From positions 7,409 through 55,891 of the forward strand of contig CAZPEV010000002.1 in NCBI GenBank assembly GCA_964585635.1: DNA of 48,483 bases, given 5' to 3'. The position numbers were made by a program, and so were the translations under genes. Numbering within the stretch: position 1 is the stretch's first letter; each line of letters begins with the position of its first letter. Of this stretch, positions 44,726 to 48,483 are shown one piece after another. The notes under the pieces were generated by a model that searched no databases, was not told where the DNA came from, and saw only the letters and a program-made list of their open reading frames with translations. Source of the DNA: an uncultured Ignavibacteriales bacterium (GTDB lineage Bacteria > Zixibacteria > MSB-5A5 > GN15 > JAAZOE01).

Positions 44726-45355
44726 ATGGTTGAGAGCTTTCTGAATCTGTTTGAGCAAATCGGCTACGGCGGCATCATCTTCTTGATGCTTTTGGAAAGC
44801 ACCGTTTTTCCTGTGCCCAGCGAGGTAATCATGATTCCGGCCGGAGTGCTGGCGGCGCAAGGGAGGATGAACCCTTGGCTGGCAATCATCATGGGGATAT
44901 TGGGGAGCTGGCTGGGAGCGCTGACCAATTATTATGCCGCTGCCCGGCTGGGCAAACCGGTCCTGAATAAATACGGCCGCTACATGTTTCTGCCGCCGCA
45001 CCGCCTGGCCGCAGTCGAGGGATTCTTCCTCAGACACGGCGAAATCAGCACCTTTACGGGCCGTCTCATACCCGGCATCCGCCATTTGATTTCGATTCCG
45101 GCCGGCCTGGCGCGGATGGACGTGACCCGCTTTTTATTCTTCACCGGTCTGGGGGCGGGCATCTGGGTCAGCGTCCTGGTCGGGATCGGGTATTTCGCGG
45201 GGCGCGAACTGGAGAGGATATCCTCCGAGACGATTGCCCAGCTCTGGAATAAATACTCCGCGGCGATAACCTTGGGGCTGATTCTGTTTTGCATGGTGAC
45301 TATTGGCGGATATATTCTCTGGCATCGGCATCACCGTCGCGCCGGGGGAAAATGA
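44726..45355 (+). CDS. DedA-family (SNARE-associated/VTT domain) membrane protein
   Basis: YGGIIFLMLLESTVFPVPSEVIMIPAG... and FTGRLIPGIRHLISIPAGLARM are typical DedA motifs. Confidence 0.9.
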   Translation: MVESFLNLFEQIGYGGIIFLMLLESTVFPVPSEVIMIPAGVLAAQGRMNPWLAIIMGILGSWLGALTNYYAAARLGKPVLNKYGRYMFLPPHRLAAVEGFFLRHGEISTFTGRLIPGIRHLISIPAGLARMDVTRFLFFTGLGAGIWVSVLVGIGYFAGRELERISSETIAQLWNKYSAAITLGLILFCMVTIGGYILWHRHHRRAGGK

Positions 45356-45436
45356 CCTTATTTATGACGGTACCGTCCCGACCGGTTTCCAACGATCTGA
45401 TCATCATGAAAGTAATAGATTCTAAAGGAGGATGCC

Positions 45437-45889
45437 GTGAAACTTGACAGCGTTGAGAAGGTCCTGGAGTATGCCATCGCCAAAGAGGAGGATGCCCGTC
45501 GATTTTATACCGACTTGGCCGGTCGGACAAGCCGCCCCCACATGAGAGCCTTGTTCGAGGGATTCGCCAAGGAGGAGGAGGGACACAAGCAGAAGCTGAT
45601 CGGCGTCAGAGAGGGCCGGTTGATGCTGCCGTCGCCGGAAAAGGTTCGCGATCTGAAAATCGGTGACAATCTGGTCGAGGTTGAATTAAACGCCGACATG
45701 GAGCTTCAGGATGCCCTGATTGTCGCCATGAAGGCGGAAAAGGCGGCGTTCAAGTTGTACTCCGACCTGGCTGAGGCGGCCGGGGATGCAAACACCAGGA
45801 ACCTGTTTCAATCGTTGGCGCAGGAAGAAGCTCGCCACAAACTCCGTTTCGAGATCGAGTACGACAATTACGTCTACAAGGAGAACTAG
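45437..45889 (+). CDS. Rubrerythrin/ferritin-like di-iron four-helix-bundle protein
   Basis: GTG start after AAAGGAGGA. Paired E...ExxH motifs (AKEEDARRFY...AKEEEGHKQK and MKAEKAAFKLY...AQEEARHKLRF). Confidence 0.8.
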   Translation: MKLDSVEKVLEYAIAKEEDARRFYTDLAGRTSRPHMRALFEGFAKEEEGHKQKLIGVREGRLMLPSPEKVRDLKIGDNLVEVELNADMELQDALIVAMKAEKAAFKLYSDLAEAAGDANTRNLFQSLAQEEARHKLRFEIEYDNYVYKEN

Positions 45890-45931
45890 CGCCGAATCGG
45901 CCCCGCGACCCAAGGCCCGGGTGACGGCCCG

Positions 45932-47110
45932 CTATTTCTTCTGCCGGTAGTAGTCGATCAGGGTATCGACCAAACCCGGAATGGTATGTGGGTCCGCCTG
46001 CCGGGTGATGGTCAGACCCTGGGCCTCGACAGACCGTGATGCCGTTGGGCCGATGGAAAAGATATTTGCTCCAGCAACCAGGGCGTCGACTTCGGCCGGT
46101 TCGAGATTCTTATACAAACCATCAACCGCTAAACCGCTGGTGAACAGGATGGCATGCGGCGGCTGATCGAACAGCCGGGCTTTGAAGCCATCGGGCCAGA
46201 GCGCCTGCTCGGTGCGATAGACGGTCAGCGTGGTCACCGTCGCCCCGGCCTTGGGAAGGCGCTTCTCCAGGGTGTCGTCAGCCAGATCCCCCCGTACCCG
46301 CACGACCACTGCGTCCTGCAAATCCAGGTTTTCGATCATCTCCTGCGCCAGGTCATCGACGGTGGCCTTGGAGGGGATGAAATCGGGCGACAGCAAATGC
46401 TCGCGGAGGGCGTCGGCGGTGCCGCTGCCGACCGCCGCGATATTGAACTGTGCCAGAACGCGCAGGTCATCCATTTCTTCGGCATATTGCCTGAAGAAAT
46501 AGCGGACCCCGTTTTCGCTGGTGAACACCAGCCAGCCGTTGTCGGAATCCACTTGGTCGAAGCGTTCCCAGCCATCCTCATCGTCAAGCGGTTCGGTCGC
46601 GATGGTCGGGAAGAGCATCGGCACGGCCCCCAGCTCGCGAAGCCTCCGGCACAGTTCATCAGCCTGGTCGGCGGCGCGCGTGATCATGATCCGAAGACCT
46701 GCCAGTGGTCGTGGGGCGTCATCGGTCGGCTTCATAATAGCGGTCGGCGGACGAGCCGAAATGACCTCGACCGGAATGCCGTGGGCTTGCAAGCAGGAGA
46801 TTTCCTCCCCTATCCGTTCCGTCGGCAGCGGCTCGCCTCCGAACAGGCGAACGACCAATCTTCCGTCGCGCGCCAGCTTTTCGAGAAGCTCGGCCGTTTC
46901 AGCCGGCGTCGTCGGTCCGTTACCGTGACGACCAATATAATGAATGACGGAAGCTGCGGCCGCGGCCAAGACCAATTCGCCGGGTGCGGAATCGTCATAC
47001 AACAGGGCGCCCGCGTTCCGAAGCATCGCCAGGCCCTGCACCGTTATCAGACCGGGTTCCCCCGGCCCAAAATCGATGAAGCCTACTCGTCCCGTGTTTT
47101 CAATCATCAC
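45932..47110 (-). CDS. hemD: Fusion of a truncated (N-lobe only) uroporphyrinogen-III C-methyltransferase-like domain with uroporphyrinogen-III synthase
   Basis: Aa 1-125 resemble the CobA/CysG N-lobe with degenerate motifs (FGPGEPGLIT, LYDD, RLFGGEP, GIPVEVI). Aa ~130-392 are HemD-like (IMITRAADQADEL...WLVFTSENGVRYF...AAVGSGTADAL...ILFTSGLAV). Confidence 0.8.
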   Translation of the reverse strand: MMIENTGRVGFIDFGPGEPGLITVQGLAMLRNAGALLYDDSAPGELVLAAAAASVIHYIGRHGNGPTTPAETAELLEKLARDGRLVVRLFGGEPLPTERIGEEISCLQAHGIPVEVISARPPTAIMKPTDDAPRPLAGLRIMITRAADQADELCRRLRELGAVPMLFPTIATEPLDDEDGWERFDQVDSDNGWLVFTSENGVRYFFRQYAEEMDDLRVLAQFNIAAVGSGTADALREHLLSPDFIPSKATVDDLAQEMIENLDLQDAVVVRVRGDLADDTLEKRLPKAGATVTTLTVYRTEQALWPDGFKARLFDQPPHAILFTSGLAVDGLYKNLEPAEVDALVAGANIFSIGPTASRSVEAQGLTITRQADPHTIPGLVDTLIDYYRQKK

Positions 47111-47248
47111 GCCGCCAATATGATATTCTTATCGTGTGAACGCAATCGGTCAAAACCGGAGACCGCCTGCTCCGATGGCCGGCGGGGTTGGTCGTGTTCA
47201 GGCGCATGCCGACGGGCGGGGAATAATCATCCGCGCTCGCTTCGGCCG

Positions 47249-47566
47249 TCAGACGCAGCCGGTCGGCTTGGTCAGGCCGGCGATCTTGCAGGCCCCCTTG
47301 GCCGGGCCCGAGGGGAACAGTTCGTAGATTCTTTTCAGTGGAAAGCCGGTCTCCTTGCAGAGCCTGCGGATCATCGGGGCGATGCCGTACTGGGCATAGT
47401 ATTCCCGCAGATAATTGAGCACCTTCCAGTGTTACTCGGTTAGCGCCTCAACCCCTTCCGTCGCGGCCAGCGCCAGCGCCACCTGTTCGCTCCATTCTTC
47501 CGGATTCTGGATGAAGCCGTCGTCGTCAACCGTAATCTTAATATCGCGCCATTCAAAGGTTGCCAT
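47249..47566 (-). pseudogene. dsrC: DsrC/TusE-family sulfur-relay protein interrupted by one in-frame TAA (47432-47434)
   Basis: MATFEWRDIKITVDDDGFIQNPEEWSEQVALALAATEGVEALTE*HWKVLNYLREYYAQYGIAPMIRRLCKETGFPLKRIYELFPSGPAKGACKIAGLTKPTGCV*. Both C-terminal-arm cysteines are present. RBS GAGGG lies before ATG 47566. Confidence 0.85.
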
Positions 47567-47670
47567 ATTCCCTCGGTTGCTCTTCAGGTACCGGTCTGGC
47601 AGCCTGGGCTGCCGTTGACATTGGGGTAGAATTAACCCGCCGCCGATCCCCTTGTCAAGCTCGGAAAGGA

Positions 47671-48408
47671 TCAATCCTTTTCGAGCACCGCGGCATAAGC
47701 CGAATCGGCGCTGGGGAACAGCCTATGAATCCGCCAGCCGGTTCCGGAAAGAATCTGTTCCATTTCGGCCGGCGAGACCAATAGGTAATCGAACCAGGGA
47801 GTGATGAAACACCGGTAGCGGATGCGAAGGTGCAACTGCCCGGGAAGGCGTCTCCGACGACGATTTCGACGGTGATAGGCCAGATGATCCGGCCGGGTTG
47901 TCTGGTGAGGGTCGGTGCTTTCGGCGATGATCCGGGCCTTTGGAGTGGTCATCCGCGCCATCGTGCGCAGCAGTCGTTTCGCCCGAGCGGCCGACCCAAA
48001 CAGGCCGAAGTTGTTTCCGAACATGACGACGGTGTCGAACCGGCCCAGGTCCGGCCCGATCTCGGTGATCGAGCGCAAAAGCGCTCCCTTGGCGCCCCGT
48101 TCCCGGCAGACCCTGATGGCCAGCGGAGAGATGTCGATGCCGACCGCCGTCAGACCCTTCTTTTGAAGATAGAGAAGACATCGGCCGGCGCCGCAGCCGA
48201 TATCAAGCACTTTTCCCCTGGCGAATCGTATTGCCTGCCGCTGGTAGATGGGCCAGGCGGGATAGTCGGCCATATATTCGCGGGGGCCGAGGCTGAGGTC
48301 AATATACCCGTCATCCCGTTCGACGATTTCGCTGACCCGCTTCTGGCCCCTCCAATAGTCGAAGATCTCATGGCCGTAGGCGTCCTGGCGTTTCAAGAGC
48401 CGACTCAT
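47671..48408 (-). CDS. Class I SAM-dependent methyltransferase
   Basis: ATG 48408 follows GGGAGGAGGG. Motif I VLDIGCGAGRCLLYL and motif II-like FDTVVMFGNNFG. Confidence 0.8.
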   Translation of the reverse strand: MSRLLKRQDAYGHEIFDYWRGQKRVSEIVERDDGYIDLSLGPREYMADYPAWPIYQRQAIRFARGKVLDIGCGAGRCLLYLQKKGLTAVGIDISPLAIRVCRERGAKGALLRSITEIGPDLGRFDTVVMFGNNFGLFGSAARAKRLLRTMARMTTPKARIIAESTDPHQTTRPDHLAYHRRNRRRRRLPGQLHLRIRYRCFITPWFDYLLVSPAEMEQILSGTGWRIHRLFPSADSAYAAVLEKD

Positions 48409-48483
48409 CGCCCTCCTCCCGGTCGTGGCCGGCCTCACGGGGCGCGGAGCGATAATCGGCCACAGTACTCTCGATTCCGGGCG

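Noticed and set aside
1-48483. Search by eye for tRNA/rRNA genes, CRISPR repeats, transposase or integrase genes, and long direct or inverted repeats flanking islands.
   Set aside because: None were seen. The only repeat-like structures are the short palindromes and 12-mers reported as findings.

Overview
High-GC (hand counts above 60% in coding lines) bacterial chromosomal segment with no rRNA, tRNA, CRISPR array, transposase or phage gene that I could recognise. The source is probably an uncultivated FCB-superphylum-like organism. That is inference only, from a PorX-type regulator, dockerin-like C-terminal tags and a PEP-CTERM tail.

Layout:
(1) 0.1-15.4 kb: a Wzx/Wzy-type exopolysaccharide locus. 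It holds a GT2, a Wza-like exporter, a Wzz-like co-polymerase, an LbH acyltransferase, two DegT aminotransferases, a MurJ-family flippase, a Wzy/O-antigen-ligase-like protein, two GT4s, a methyltransferase, an initiating phosphoglycosyltransferase, and an unusual TM-CBS-SDR epimerase fusion.
(2) 15.5-23.3 kb: housekeeping genes (serS, tsaE-tsaB-rimI, accD-folC) flanking a sensor kinase plus a PorX-type REC-PglZ regulator.
(3) 23.3-29.1 kb: a signalling cassette of GAF kinase, REC-GAF-GAF hybrid kinase, sigma54 (NtrC-type) activator and a degenerate GGDEF protein.
(4) 29.1-33.5 kb: an AT-rich non-coding island with palindromes, an orphan PEP-CTERM tail ORF, a consensus promoter with a long leader, and a 1057-aa secreted mosaic protein (C25/gingipain-like domain to dockerin-like C-terminus), followed by a nested palindromic element.
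(5) 33.5-38.3 kb, minus strand: a PilV/PilW/PilX-like minor-pilin operon with its own terminator, then a CDP-alcohol phosphatidyltransferase and a PIG-V-like GT-C membrane protein.
(6) 38.7-48.4 kb: an RCK K+-channel-like protein with an atypical filter, a glutamate-type (SDF) transporter carrying a ~340-aa charged tail, htpX, a CNNM/CorC protein, DedA, a rubrerythrin-like protein, a half-CobA/HemD fusion, dsrC and a methyltransferase.

Most notable: two otherwise well-conserved genes, the PorY-like kinase and dsrC, are each interrupted by one in-frame TAA. I did not find a clear-cut new multi-gene system. The candidates worth follow-up are listed as findings with their uncertainties.
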